Positions 29,588 to 42,564 of a stretch of DNA of 64,000 nucleotides are shown piece by piece (the first letter of the stretch is position 1; each line of letters opens with the position of its first letter). The DNA comes from Oscillospiraceae bacterium. Its GTDB lineage: Bacteria > Bacillota > Clostridia > Oscillospirales > Ruminococcaceae. The stretch spans positions 103,340-167,339 of the forward strand of contig JAETSI010000001.1 of the NCBI GenBank assembly GCA_021769725.1, given 5' to 3'. A program made the position numbers and the translations under genes. A model generated the notes under the pieces. It was not told the DNA's origin. It worked only from the letters and a program-made list of their open reading frames with translations, and ran no database searches.

Positions 29588-29698
29588 TTTTGTTTCCTCC
29601 AGATTTTTTGTATCGTTATTATCTCTTATTATATTGTATCATATCTTAAAGAAAAGGTAAAGAGAAATATTTGCAAAAATTCGGAAAACGAGAAATCA

Positions 29699-29727
29699 TT
29701 GACAAACGGCTGTGAATATGCTACAAT
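29699..29727 (+). promoter_or_regulatory. promoter TTGACA-17-TACAAT for que operon
   Basis: Hexamers at 29699-29704 and 29722-29727. Confidence 0.65.
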
Positions 29728-29735
29728 AATTACAC

Positions 29736-29778
29736 GACAGTTCGTTTGCACCATCCTGTCAAAAAACAAAACTATGGG
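29736..29778 (+). promoter_or_regulatory. preQ1-I riboswitch aptamer
   Basis: P1 GACAG/CUGUC, UUC after the 5' arm, A-rich tail AAAAAACAAAACUAUGG; sits upstream of queDE-folE-queCF. Confidence 0.7.
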
Positions 29779-29800
29779 CAGATCACAGTGTAATTTCCTG

Positions 29801-29831
29801 ATGCGTGTGTTTCTGTTCACACGCATTTTTT
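29801..29831 (+). terminator. riboswitch expression-platform terminator
   Basis: atgcgtgtg/cacacgcat stem followed by T6. Confidence 0.75.
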
Positions 29832-29865
29832 GGTTAGAATTTCTATATTTTTAAGAGGTATGTTT

Positions 29866-30291
29866 ATGTATGAATTAAAGGTACGGGCAGCTTTTGACAG
29901 CGCTCATTTTCTCAGTGGATACAACGGTAAATGCGCCAATATTCATGGTCATCGTTGGACGGTTGAAGCTGAGATCTCACAAAAGTCATTACAGGAAAGC
30001 GGTGAATTCCGCAGTATGATCGAGGACTTTGGTCCGCTGAAAAAGCGGCTCAGGTCTATGGCGGATAATTTCGATCACGCTCTTATTTACGAGACAGGCA
30101 CGCTGCGTCAAGCTACCATTGATGCACTTGATGCCGAGGGATTCAGGCTGATTCCCGTGGGTTTTCGTCCTACGGCGGAGTGTTTTGCAAAGTATTTCTT
30201 TGATCTTCTCCGTGAGGCAGGAGAGCCGGTCAGCAGAGTGACGGTTTACGAGACGCCCGACAACTGTGCCTCTTACAGGGAGAATGAATGA
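29866..30291 (+). CDS. queD: 6-carboxy-5,6,7,8-tetrahydropterin synthase
   Basis: MYELKVRAAFDSAHFL...CANIHGHRW motif; ATG 29866 lies 8 nt after AAGAGG. Confidence 0.9.
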   Translation: MYELKVRAAFDSAHFLSGYNGKCANIHGHRWTVEAEISQKSLQESGEFRSMIEDFGPLKKRLRSMADNFDHALIYETGTLRQATIDALDAEGFRLIPVGFRPTAECFAKYFFDLLREAGEPVSRVTVYETPDNCASYRENE

Positions 30292-30953
30292 TGATATACA
30301 AGGTCGCAGAGATTTTTTCAAGCATTAACGGAGAGGGGACACGTGCCGGCGAATTGGCGGCTTTTGTTCGATTCCGAGGATGTAATCTTAATTGCAGCTA
30401 CTGTGATACCTCATGGGCAAATCAGCTTGATACGCCGTTTACGCCCATGGATAAGGAAGAGATACTCGGAGCTTTGCTGGAGACAGGTATCCATAATGTG
30501 ACGCTTACCGGAGGTGAACCGCTGCTTGTTCCGGGGGTGGAGGAAGTTATCGAAACCCTCGGCAGAAACGGATTGTCCGTGGAGATCGAGACAAACGGCA
30601 GCGTTGATCTTTTGCCGTTCGACGCAATAAACCATAGACCGCTGTTTACAATGGATTACAAGCTTCCGGGCAGCGGAATGGAAGATAAAATGAATCTCCG
30701 AAACTTTGAACTGCTTAAAAAGAACGATACTGTAAAGTTCGTGACAGGATCGGAGGAAGATCTTGAACGGGCGTTGGAAATAATCAGAATGTATTCTCTG
30801 ACAGAGCGGTGTCATGTATATTTCAGCCCTGTTTTTGGCAGGATAGATCCGGCGGATATAGTTGAATTTATGATAAGACATAAGTTGAACGGTGTAAGGT
30901 TACAGCTTCAGCTGCATAAATTCATATGGGATCCTATGGCGAGGGGAGTGTGA
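30288..30953 (+). CDS. queE: 7-carboxy-7-deazaguanine synthase (radical SAM)
   Basis: SINGEGTRAG...FVRFRGCNLNCSYCDT motif. Confidence 0.9.
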   Translation: MMIYKVAEIFSSINGEGTRAGELAAFVRFRGCNLNCSYCDTSWANQLDTPFTPMDKEEILGALLETGIHNVTLTGGEPLLVPGVEEVIETLGRNGLSVEIETNGSVDLLPFDAINHRPLFTMDYKLPGSGMEDKMNLRNFELLKKNDTVKFVTGSEEDLERALEIIRMYSLTERCHVYFSPVFGRIDPADIVEFMIRHKLNGVRLQLQLHKFIWDPMARGV

Positions 30954-30956
30954 CAA

Positions 30957-31526
30957 ATGGCTATAGATAAGGAAAAAATAGAGTATCATATACGGGAGAT
31001 CTTAAAAGCTCTCGGCGAAGATCCTGACCGTGAGGGACTTGTTGAAACTCCTGAAAGAGTCGCGCGTATGTATGAAGAGGTTTTTGAGGGAATTCAGTAT
31101 ACCAATCATGAAATAGCGCAGATGTTTGGAAAGACTTTTTCATCTCCGGATAAGGAAAACAGACAGTCAGCAGTTGTTATGCGTGATATAAGTGTGTTCA
31201 GCTACTGTGAGCATCATATGGCTTTAATGTACGATATGACGGTCAATGTGGCGTACATTCCCGACGGGAAAGTTCTGGGACTAAGCAAGATCGCCCGTAT
31301 CTGCGATATGGCAGCAAAAAGATTACAGCTCCAGGAACGTCTCGGCGAGGATATTGCCGAAATCATCAGTGAAGCTGCCGGAACAAAGGATGTCGGAGTG
31401 GTCATCACCGGATCTCACAGCTGCATGACTGCCAGAGGTATAAGGAATGTTCCGGCAAGGACGACGACTACAACGTTTTATGGAAGGTTTGCAGGCGATG
31501 AAAAGCTTCAGAAGCTTGTATTGTGA
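30957..31526 (+). CDS. folE: GTP cyclohydrolase I
   Basis: GLVETPERVARMY and FSYCEHHM motifs. Confidence 0.93.
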   Translation: MAIDKEKIEYHIREILKALGEDPDREGLVETPERVARMYEEVFEGIQYTNHEIAQMFGKTFSSPDKENRQSAVVMRDISVFSYCEHHMALMYDMTVNVAYIPDGKVLGLSKIARICDMAAKRLQLQERLGEDIAEIISEAAGTKDVGVVITGSHSCMTARGIRNVPARTTTTTFYGRFAGDEKLQKLVL

Positions 31527-31538
31527 GAGGAGAATATT

Positions 31539-32216
31539 ATGAAAGCAATGGTATTATTCAGCGGCGGAGTGGACAGCGCTACCTGTCTTGCACTTGCCGT
31601 AAAGGAGCATGGAGCTGAAAATGTTACGGCGCTGTCGATCGGATACGGACAGAAACACAGCTGTGAGATACAGGCGGCGCAGAAACTTGCCGATTATTAT
31701 AATGTGGAATGGAAACAGCTTGATCTTTCAACGATCTTTAAGTATTCCGATTGTTCGCTGCTTACAGGCGCCGAAGCAGAGATTCCGAAAGAGACATATG
31801 CAGAGCAGCTTGCTGAAACAGACGGAAAGCCGGTTTCAACTTATGTTCCGTTCCGTAACGGACTTTTCCTTGCTTCTGCCGCAAGCATGGCTCTTTCGCT
31901 GGGATGTGAGATAATTTATTATGGACCACATGCCGATGACGCTGCCGGAAACGCATATCCGGATTGCAGTGAGGAATTTAACAGCGCCATGAATAACGCT
32001 GTATATCTTGGCAGCGGAAAGCAGCTCCGCATAGAAGCACCGTTTGTAGCAAAAACTAAAGCAGAGATCGTAAAGCTCGGTCTGGAACTTGGCGTTCCCT
32101 ATGAACTGACCTGGAGCTGCTACGAAGGCGGCGAAAAGCCCTGCGGAGTATGCGGTACCTGTCGTGACAGACAGGCTGCGTTCCTTGCCAACGGCATTAC
32201 TGATCCATTGCTATAA
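31539..32216 (+). CDS. queC: 7-cyano-7-deazaguanine synthase
   Basis: VLFSGGVDS PP-loop; C-terminal CGVCGTCRDR zinc motif. Confidence 0.93.
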   Translation: MKAMVLFSGGVDSATCLALAVKEHGAENVTALSIGYGQKHSCEIQAAQKLADYYNVEWKQLDLSTIFKYSDCSLLTGAEAEIPKETYAEQLAETDGKPVSTYVPFRNGLFLASAASMALSLGCEIIYYGPHADDAAGNAYPDCSEEFNSAMNNAVYLGSGKQLRIEAPFVAKTKAEIVKLGLELGVPYELTWSCYEGGEKPCGVCGTCRDRQAAFLANGITDPLL

Positions 32217-32232
32217 ATAAGGAGAGATTACT

Positions 32233-32712
32233 ATGACAGGAAGAACTAAAGAAGAAACCGCAGGACTGAGTCTGCTTGGAAATAAAAAGACTGAGTATCC
32301 CGATGACTATGCTCCGCAGATGCTTGAGACATTCATAAATAAGCATCAGAACCGAGACTATTTTGTCAGGTTCAACTGTCCGGAATTCACCAGCCTTTGC
32401 CCTATTACAGGACAGCCGGATTTTGCCACGATATATATACAATATGTTCCGGATGTAAAAATGGTGGAGAGCAAATCCCTGAAACTTTACCTGTTCAGTT
32501 TCAGGAATCACGGCGATTTCCACGAAGACTGCGTGAATATCATACTAAACGATCTTGTTAAGCTTACTGACCCCAGATATATGGAGGTCTGGGGTGAGTT
32601 CACTCCGAGAGGAGGAATTTCTATCCATCCATACTGCAACTACGGCAGACCGGGAACACGCTGGGAACAGGTTGCTCTCGATCGTCTCTCCAACTGGGGA
32701 CAACCAAGATAA
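32233..32712 (+). CDS. queF: NADPH-dependent 7-cyano-7-deazaguanine reductase
   Basis: [15 protein letters not shown] and KSLKLYL.SFRNH motifs. Confidence 0.93.
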   Translation: MTGRTKEETAGLSLLGNKKTEYPDDYAPQMLETFINKHQNRDYFVRFNCPEFTSLCPITGQPDFATIYIQYVPDVKMVESKSLKLYLFSFRNHGDFHEDCVNIILNDLVKLTDPRYMEVWGEFTPRGGISIHPYCNYGRPGTRWEQVALDRLSNWGQPR

Positions 32713-32824
32713 ACGTTCAACACCGTACAATGCATACATAGCGGTTTTGTACAGTGTTGCCTACGTTTTTTCTTGACATCCAATACCTGATATGTTAAAA
32801 TAGACTTATTGAGGACGTGATAAA

Positions 32825-33399
32825 ATGAAAATAATTCTCGCTTCTGCATCACCAAGGAGAAGAGAGCTTATGAAGCTCATAACCGAGGATTTTACGGCAG
32901 TTTCGGTAGATGCTGACGAAACTCTTCCGGATGATATCGTAATGAAAGGAATATGCGGCGCAGCTGAATATCTTGCACGTGTCAAAGCTTCAAAAGCCCA
33001 TGAAATGTTTCCGGAGGATATGGTTATAGGATGCGATACGACAGTAGTATGCCAGAATAAAATTCTTGGTAAGCCGAAGGATAAGAAGCAGGCTCGTGAA
33101 TATCTTCATATGCTGTCGGACAATGTCCATTCAGTGTTTACAGGATGCTGCATTATGTATGGAGACAGAATTGTTTCGTTTGACGAGGGCACAGACGTTT
33201 TTTTCAATGAGCTTTCAGATGAAGAAATCGAGGATTATATTTCTACCGACGAGCCTTATGACAAGGCGGGCGGATACGGTATTCAGGGCAGAGGGGCGCT
33301 GTTTGTGAATAAGATCAACGGTGATTTCTTTAACGTTATGGGGCTGCCTGTTTCACGTTTGAATAAAGAATTAAAAGAATTTATCAAAGGAGTAAGATA

Positions 33400-33400
<1 letters not shown>
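32825..33400 (+). CDS. maf: Maf-family nucleoside triphosphate pyrophosphatase
   Basis: MKIILASASPRRRELM N-terminus and KAGGYGIQG motif. Confidence 0.92.
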
Positions 33401-36712
<3,312 letters not shown>

Positions 36713-36724
36713 TGGTGAATTGAT

Positions 36725-39700
36725 ATGGCTTGGACAAAGCAGCAGGAAAATGCTATAAATGCACGGAATACTTCCATTATAGTATCGGCTGCGGCAGGAA
36801 GCGGAAAAACTTCGGTGCTGACAGAGCGGCTGGTAAAACTGATTGCCGATCCTGAATCCGGGGTTAGGGCAGACAGGATGATAGTAGTTACTTTTACCAA
36901 CGATGCCGCTGCGGAAATGAAAAAAAGACTTGACAAGCGTCTGAGAGAGCTTATAAATCAGAATCCAGGCAGCAGTCATCTGTTAAAGCAGCAGACACTT
37001 TTGCAGAGTGCAAAAATCTCTACTATAAATTCTTTCTGCTTTGAACTTATCAGGGATAATATTACCGATCAGGGAATTACTTCCGGTTTTGGAATTCTTG
37101 ACGAGGCGGAAAACAAAGCTCTGAAAGCACAGGCAATGGATGAACTTATAAACTGGTACAGTGAAAACGAATATGACAAGATATCCTTTTTGTATGATCA
37201 TTTCTGTATCAGGAATGATCGTGTGCTGGTGGAAGTAATTTCTCTTGCCGATGAATTTCTGGCTTCTGTGGCTCTTCGTGACAAATGGCTCGAAACTGCT
37301 GAAAATGAGTACAGAAAGGATTTCCGCAGCTCTGTTTATTACAGATCTCTTATGAAAAGCCTCGAGGAGAGGGCAGAAAAGGCACTGAAACTTGCCGATG
37401 ACTGTCTTGGAATGATCGGCAGGATATTCTCGGATATTCAGAATTATCCCCAGGCAAAGGCGTCATTTCAGCAGGCGGAGGAGGAATACGACCGGGTAAA
37501 TGAGCTTATGGAAATCATCCGCTCCGGACGTTTTCCTGACGATGCGGAATCAGGACGGCTGTGTTCTTTTGGCAAACTTGTGACCGTTACGGCTAAAACG
37601 CCCCATAATAAGGAACTGCGTGAGGTATATAAGAAAAAGCGTGAGAAAATGAAAGAACTTGTTTCGGGTATCGTATCAGGTACGTCTGCGGCAGAAAGCG
37701 ATTTTGTAGAATCCGCAGAAGTGACATTCGTACTGACAGAGATGCTGAGGAAATATCAGGAGATAATCTGGGCGAAGAAGTGTGAAAAAAACGCTGTAAG
37801 CTTTGACGATGGTGAACGGCTGGCTTTGGAAATTCTTGCTGATACCGACGATCAGGGCAGAATAATCCCCTCGGAAACTGCACGTCGTACCGCAGAATTT
37901 TATGATATTATCATGATTGACGAATATCAGGATTCAAATAACAAGCAGGATCTCATATTCAGGCTGATCTCAAAAAACTACAGGCATACCTCGGACGGTG
38001 AGCCGATGTACGGAAATAATGTTTTTCTGGTAGGTGATGTAAAGCAGTCGATCTACGGATTCAGACTGGCAAATCCCGGAAATTTTATCAGCACGCTGAG
38101 AAATTCCGTGACCTATGCCCCGGAAAACAACTGCCCGAATCAGGCGATAGTGCTGAATAAGAACTTCCGCAGTTCCCGGGGCGTTATTGATTTTGTAAAC
38201 TTTGTTTTCGGACAGATTATGTCTGAAAAATGCGGCGGAATCAGATACAGCGAGGATGAAATGCTGTATTTCGGAGCACAGGTCTATTCTGATGCAGGGG
38301 AATCCTGCCTGACCGAAATTGCTCTGGTGAACGACGATCCTCCGGAAGAAAACGATGCTGAAAAGCCGGAAGCCCAGGACATCAATTATGAGGCTGAGTA
38401 TACCGCCGACAGAATAGCTGCCATGATAAACGGAAAATATCCTGTTATTACCGGTGACGGCACACGTCCGTGCCGACCGTCGGATTTCAGTATTCTTGTC
38501 CGTGGCAATAAGTTTATCAGCGTCTACTCCAAAGCTCTTAACGACAGAGGAATATCAGCAAAGGCGGGTGAAGAAACGGGATACCTTAAATCACGTGAAA
38601 TAGCTGTTCTTATTGATCTGCTGAGAATAATTGACAATCCGCTGTCAGATGTTCCGGCAGCAGCGGTGATGATGTCTCCGATGTTCATGTTTACAATTCA
38701 GGAGCTTGCCTATATCAAATCGCTGGACAGGGATAAGCCGATCTATTCTGTTCTTCTTGGTTTGTCAGACGGTTTGTACGCAAGCTGTACTGACGGAGCT
38801 CTTATTGGAAAATGCCGTGATTTCCTGGGATTTATAGATTCTTTTCGGCTAAGTTCGGTAACTATGACTATAGGTGAACTTATCGGTCTGATATATGATA
38901 CCACTGATTTTATTTCTGTTATGCAGATGAGCCGTGACGGAGAAAAGAAGCGTGCCAACCTTCGGCTGCTTATCCAGTATGCGCAGAATTACGAGGGAGC
39001 TTGTGCATACGAGGGAACGGGAGGTCTGAGCGGATTTCTCCGGCATATTGACAGGGTGCTGGAAACCGGGGACTATCCACAGGGAAAAGTTTCTGCTGCG
39101 TCCGGAGATTACGTTGCAATACAGACTCTTCACAGCTCGAAAGGACTTGAGTATCCGTTCGTGTTCATTGCCGAGACATCACGGAAATTCCGTTGTGATT
39201 CGCTGAATGTTATGTTTTCGGATGACGGACGTATAGGATATAATTTGTATGATCCCCGGCTGATAAGACGATATAAGACATTCCAGCAGGTCATGCTCTA
39301 TGAGGAGGAGAAATCTAAAGTCCGCAGTGAGGAAATGCGTCTGCTCTACGTCGGAATGACAAGAGCTAAGCAGAAGCTTTTTATTAATCTTAAAGCGGGG
39401 GAGAAGTCATTAAAACGTGCAAAAGCCTGTATTGACAGGATAAAGCTCAGCAGCGGAGATATTTCCGAAACTGTTTGCAGCGCCGATATGTTTTCTGACT
39501 GGCTGTGGGCGTCTCTTGTCAGGCATGAGGAATTCAGAGACATCTTGCAGCAGCGGGGGCTGGATATACCGGAAAGCTGCATCTGCTTTCATGATAAGCT
39601 TTTTGACACAGTGACCGCAGAACCAGGAGAACTCCCTGTGCGGGAGCAGCAGACGGAAGTGTATGAACAGGCTTCTCCTGACCCTGAGATATGCCGGGAG

Positions 39701-40369
39701 ATAATGCAGATGATAGGCACGAAGTATGACCGTTCGTTGTCAGATATGCCTGCGAAGCTCAGTGTCACACAGATCACCAGGAAATTCAAGAAAGAGGACG
39801 AGGAATTTGATTTTAGGCTCAAACGTCCGAGATTCATTTCTGAGGGCTCACGTCTTTCCGGTGCAGAGCGTGGAACTGCCATACATACTTTTTTTCAGTA
39901 CTGTGATTTTGAAAGCTCAAGGAGTGATTTCAAAACTGAGCTTGAAAGAATGATAGGCATGGGGTATCTCAGCCGGACGCAGTCTGAAGCAGTAGATGCA
40001 GAAAAGGTCAGAGCATTTTTTGAAAGCAGTCTGTACCGCCGCATGACTGCTGCTAAAAATATCTGGAGAGAAAAGAAATTTATGGTTGCAGTTGCTCATC
40101 TTGACATTGATAATTCTCTTATGGAACTGTTGAAACGCTCTGACGGAATGATAAAGGGAATTGTGGATATGATGTTTGAGGAGGATGACGGCACAGTCAT
40201 TGTTGATTATAAATCTGATAGGGGAGTTACTGCCGGAGAGCTGGCAGAACGTTACCGTACTCAGTTACAGTTATATAAATCGGCAATGGAACTGACCATG
40301 AAAAAGAAAATCAAAGAAACATATCTTTATTCCATAGAACTGAAAAAGGAAATTCCTATAAATCTGTAA
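36725..40369 (+). CDS. addA: helicase-nuclease AddA-like (UvrD-family helicase with C-terminal PD-(D/E)XK nuclease)
   Basis: 1214 aa; WTKQQENAI...SAAAGSGKT Walker A, DEYQDSN motif II, C-terminal GIVDMMFEE..VIVDYKSD nuclease motif. Confidence 0.85.
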   Translation: MAWTKQQENAINARNTSIIVSAAAGSGKTSVLTERLVKLIADPESGVRADRMIVVTFTNDAAAEMKKRLDKRLRELINQNPGSSHLLKQQTLLQSAKISTINSFCFELIRDNITDQGITSGFGILDEAENKALKAQAMDELINWYSENEYDKISFLYDHFCIRNDRVLVEVISLADEFLASVALRDKWLETAENEYRKDFRSSVYYRSLMKSLEERAEKALKLADDCLGMIGRIFSDIQNYPQAKASFQQAEEEYDRVNELMEIIRSGRFPDDAESGRLCSFGKLVTVTAKTPHNKELREVYKKKREKMKELVSGIVSGTSAAESDFVESAEVTFVLTEMLRKYQEIIWAKKCEKNAVSFDDGERLALEILADTDDQGRIIPSETARRTAEFYDIIMIDEYQDSNNKQDLIFRLISKNYRHTSDGEPMYGNNVFLVGDVKQSIYGFRLANPGNFISTLRNSVTYAPENNCPNQAIVLNKNFRSSRGVIDFVNFVFGQIMSEKCGGIRYSEDEMLYFGAQVYSDAGESCLTEIALVNDDPPEENDAEKPEAQDINYEAEYTADRIAAMINGKYPVITGDGTRPCRPSDFSILVRGNKFISVYSKALNDRGISAKAGEETGYLKSREIAVLIDLLRIIDNPLSDVPAAAVMMSPMFMFTIQELAYIKSLDRDKPIYSVLLGLSDGLYASCTDGALIGKCRDFLGFIDSFRLSSVTMTIGELIGLIYDTTDFISVMQMSRDGEKKRANLRLLIQYAQNYEGACAYEGTGGLSGFLRHIDRVLETGDYPQGKVSAASGDYVAIQTLHSSKGLEYPFVFIAETSRKFRCDSLNVMFSDDGRIGYNLYDPRLIRRYKTFQQVMLYEEEKSKVRSEEMRLLYVGMTRAKQKLFINLKAGEKSLKRAKACIDRIKLSSGDISETVCSADMFSDWLWASLVRHEEFRDILQQRGLDIPESCICFHDKLFDTVTAEPGELPVREQQTEVYEQASPDPEICREIMQMIGTKYDRSLSDMPAKLSVTQITRKFKKEDEEFDFRLKRPRFISEGSRLSGAERGTAIHTFFQYCDFESSRSDFKTELERMIGMGYLSRTQSEAVDAEKVRAFFESSLYRRMTAAKNIWREKKFMVAVAHLDIDNSLMELLKRSDGMIKGIVDMMFEEDDGTVIVDYKSDRGVTAGELAERYRTQLQLYKSAMELTMKKKIKETYLYSIELKKEIPINL

Positions 40370-40389
40370 GAAACTTATGGAATAAATTT

Positions 40390-40417
40390 AACCGTCATCC
40401 AAAAATGGATGACGGTT
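40390..40417. terminator. bidirectional terminator between convergent addA and htrA
   Basis: aaccgtcatcc/ggatgacggtt 11-bp stem. Confidence 0.7.
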
Positions 40418-40465
40418 AAGAAAGGAGAAGATGTGGAGAATTCTTTTAATAATGAAGCGCTTGTG

Positions 40466-41899
40466 TCAGGATTTTTTCTCCTGAAGAACGAGCGTTATTT
40501 TTATATCCTGACCGGATCTGTAGAGCTTGAGATTTATCTCATCTCCTGCCTTGTACTGGCTTATGATCTCGTTAAGTTCAGCTCCGGTCGTAACAGCCTT
40601 GCCTTCAACGTCGATAATTACATCGCCTTGTAAAATGCCGGCATTTTCAGCGGCACTGTCCGGCAGCACGGAAAGGACATATACGCCCATAGGCAGATTG
40701 AGGTAACGTGAATAAGTTTCAGTTATGTCACTGGTAGTTATACCAATCTGTGGTCTGCCGGTGACGTATTTGTAATTGATAAGATCATCAATTATTGTTT
40801 TTGCGTCAGATATGGGAATTGCAAATCCAAGACCCTCAACGCTTGCGCTGCCGTAGTTGGAGGACATTTTTGCAGAATTTATTCCGATTACCTGTCCGCA
40901 GCTGTTAAGAAGAGGTCCTCCCGAATTACCGCTGTTGATTGCAGCATCAGTCTGGATAAGGGACATACTCTTTTCATTTACGGAAATTTGACGGTTAAGA
41001 GCGGAGACTATTCCACTTGTAACAGAACCAAAAAGATCAAATCCTAGCGGATTTCCAACAGCAATTACCAGTTCGCCGACCATAAGATCATCGCTGTTTC
41101 CGATAACTGCCGGTTTGAGACCTGTCTTGTCTACCTTCAGAACGGCAATATCTGTCTCGATATCATAGGCAATAATCTTTGCATCCATTTCACTTTCATC
41201 ACTGAAAAGTATGGAAACATCAACTGCTTCTCCTGCGTGATAATCGCTTGAATCGTATACGCAGTGAGCATTTGTTACAATATATCCGTCCTCGGAAATA
41301 ATGAATCCTGTACCTGTACCGGTTGCCTCACGTTCCTGAGTACCGGGGTTCCATCCAAAGAAATCGTATGATTCCTGAGTGAATTTAAAGGTTGACGATA
41401 CTCCTACAACTGACGGCATGATTTCATCAACAATCTCGGGAATTGGTTTTGCATCCTCACGTGAAGCAAGCTGGATAAGGCTGGGAATATCGCTGTTTTC
41501 ATGAGAATTTGCAGAATTCGTATCTTTTTTGGAGTCTGATATTTCATTGTCTTTTTCAGCACTTTTTTTGTCGGGATCAAATTCTGAAATTTCAGTTTTA
41601 TCCTTGTTGTCCATGTAGATCTTGTAACCCTGAACAGAGCCAACGCCAACTATTGCAAGGCACAGAACAAATATTACAGATTTCAGAAAAAAATGTCTGT
41701 GTTTCTTTTTGGGTTTCGGGCAATTTTCAGAAGTATATGCGTATGAATTTAGATCTGGTGTTACTTGTTCGGATGTTTCCGGACTGCCATAATAATTTTC
41801 ATAAGATTTGCTTCCTATGTCGTCGATATCGGACAAAGAGTCTGATTCGTTTATAATTGTGTCCTGATTATCGTCAGGATTTGTAAATTTATCTGTCAT
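40466..41899 (-). CDS. htrA: HtrA/DegP-family serine protease (TM anchor, trypsin-like domain, PDZ)
   Basis: TNAHCV (His), DIAVLKV (Asp), GNSGGPLLN (Ser) triad; C-terminal PDZ. Confidence 0.9.
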   Translation of the reverse strand: MTDKFTNPDDNQDTIINESDSLSDIDDIGSKSYENYYGSPETSEQVTPDLNSYAYTSENCPKPKKKHRHFFLKSVIFVLCLAIVGVGSVQGYKIYMDNKDKTEISEFDPDKKSAEKDNEISDSKKDTNSANSHENSDIPSLIQLASREDAKPIPEIVDEIMPSVVGVSSTFKFTQESYDFFGWNPGTQEREATGTGTGFIISEDGYIVTNAHCVYDSSDYHAGEAVDVSILFSDESEMDAKIIAYDIETDIAVLKVDKTGLKPAVIGNSDDLMVGELVIAVGNPLGFDLFGSVTSGIVSALNRQISVNEKSMSLIQTDAAINSGNSGGPLLNSCGQVIGINSAKMSSNYGSASVEGLGFAIPISDAKTIIDDLINYKYVTGRPQIGITTSDITETYSRYLNLPMGVYVLSVLPDSAAENAGILQGDVIIDVEGKAVTTGAELNEIISQYKAGDEINLKLYRSGQDIKITLVLQEKKS

Positions 41900-42045
41900 A
41901 AGAACTTCCTTTCATTGATGTAATGAGTTTTTCAGCTCTGTATCTTTTATTATAAGCTTTTATGTGATAATTTTATGATAGCCTATGGAAAAAATAAAAA
42001 AAATGCTAATGAAACGTTAAAAGCCTGTAGAAAAAGTGCGTTTTG

Positions 42046-42068
42046 ATTAATACCGGGATTCCTAAAGG
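42046..42068 (-). repeat. second copy of 22-nt motif CCTTT(A)GGAATCCCGGTATTAAT
   Basis: Reverse complement of 58874-58895 with one inserted base. Confidence 0.8.
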
Positions 42069-42142
42069 ACAATGTTCATCTGGCGGAGGGCCAGAGGCAG
42101 CGCCCTGCAAGAGAGGGGGCCTTAGTTTTTCGACAAGCTGAA

Positions 42143-42164
42143 AGCTCCCGTAAAACCGGGAGCT
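42143..42164 (-). terminator. hairpin after thioesterase gene (weak T-run)
   Basis: agctcccg/cgggagct stem. Confidence 0.45.
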
Positions 42165-42170
42165 TTTATA

Positions 42171-42560
42171 TCATTTTTTTGCTTTAGTTTTTTCTGTGAA
42201 TTTGTTACCGTTAACCAGAAATCTTTTATGAGTTCCTTCGCCGATCAGAGATGCTTCATCATATGCACGAACATCAAAGGTAAATTCTCTGCCGTTTATT
42301 TCACGAAGTACTGCTTCTGCATGAACAACCATTCCCTCCGGAGTTGCAGAGGTATGAACGATATTCAGCATAGTTCCCACAGTTGTTTCGTCATCTTCCA
42401 TAAAATCCGCAAGACAGCTACACGCAGCTTTTTCCATAAGCATCGCCATTACAGGGGTAGCCATAACCTCCAGACTGCCGCTTCCTACATTTACAGCAAG
42501 GTCGTTTTTCGATACTGTCAGTTCAGCGCTGCCTGTACAGCCAGTTTCAATTTTCCTCAT
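42171..42560 (-). CDS. hotdog-fold thioesterase-family protein
   Basis: 129 aa from MRKIETG (AGGAG RBS just after the upstream stop); pattern VGSGSLEVMATPVMAMLME..., HTSATP resembles FlK-type thioesterases. Confidence 0.65.
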   Translation of the reverse strand: MRKIETGCTGSAELTVSKNDLAVNVGSGSLEVMATPVMAMLMEKAACSCLADFMEDDETTVGTMLNIVHTSATPEGMVVHAEAVLREINGREFTFDVRAYDEASLIGEGTHKRFLVNGNKFTEKTKAKK

Positions 42561-42564
42561 TTGT

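Noticed and set aside
40409-40633. 74-aa + strand ORF after addA
   Set aside because: It lies antisense to the 3' end of htrA and begins inside the bidirectional terminator. It has no RBS.
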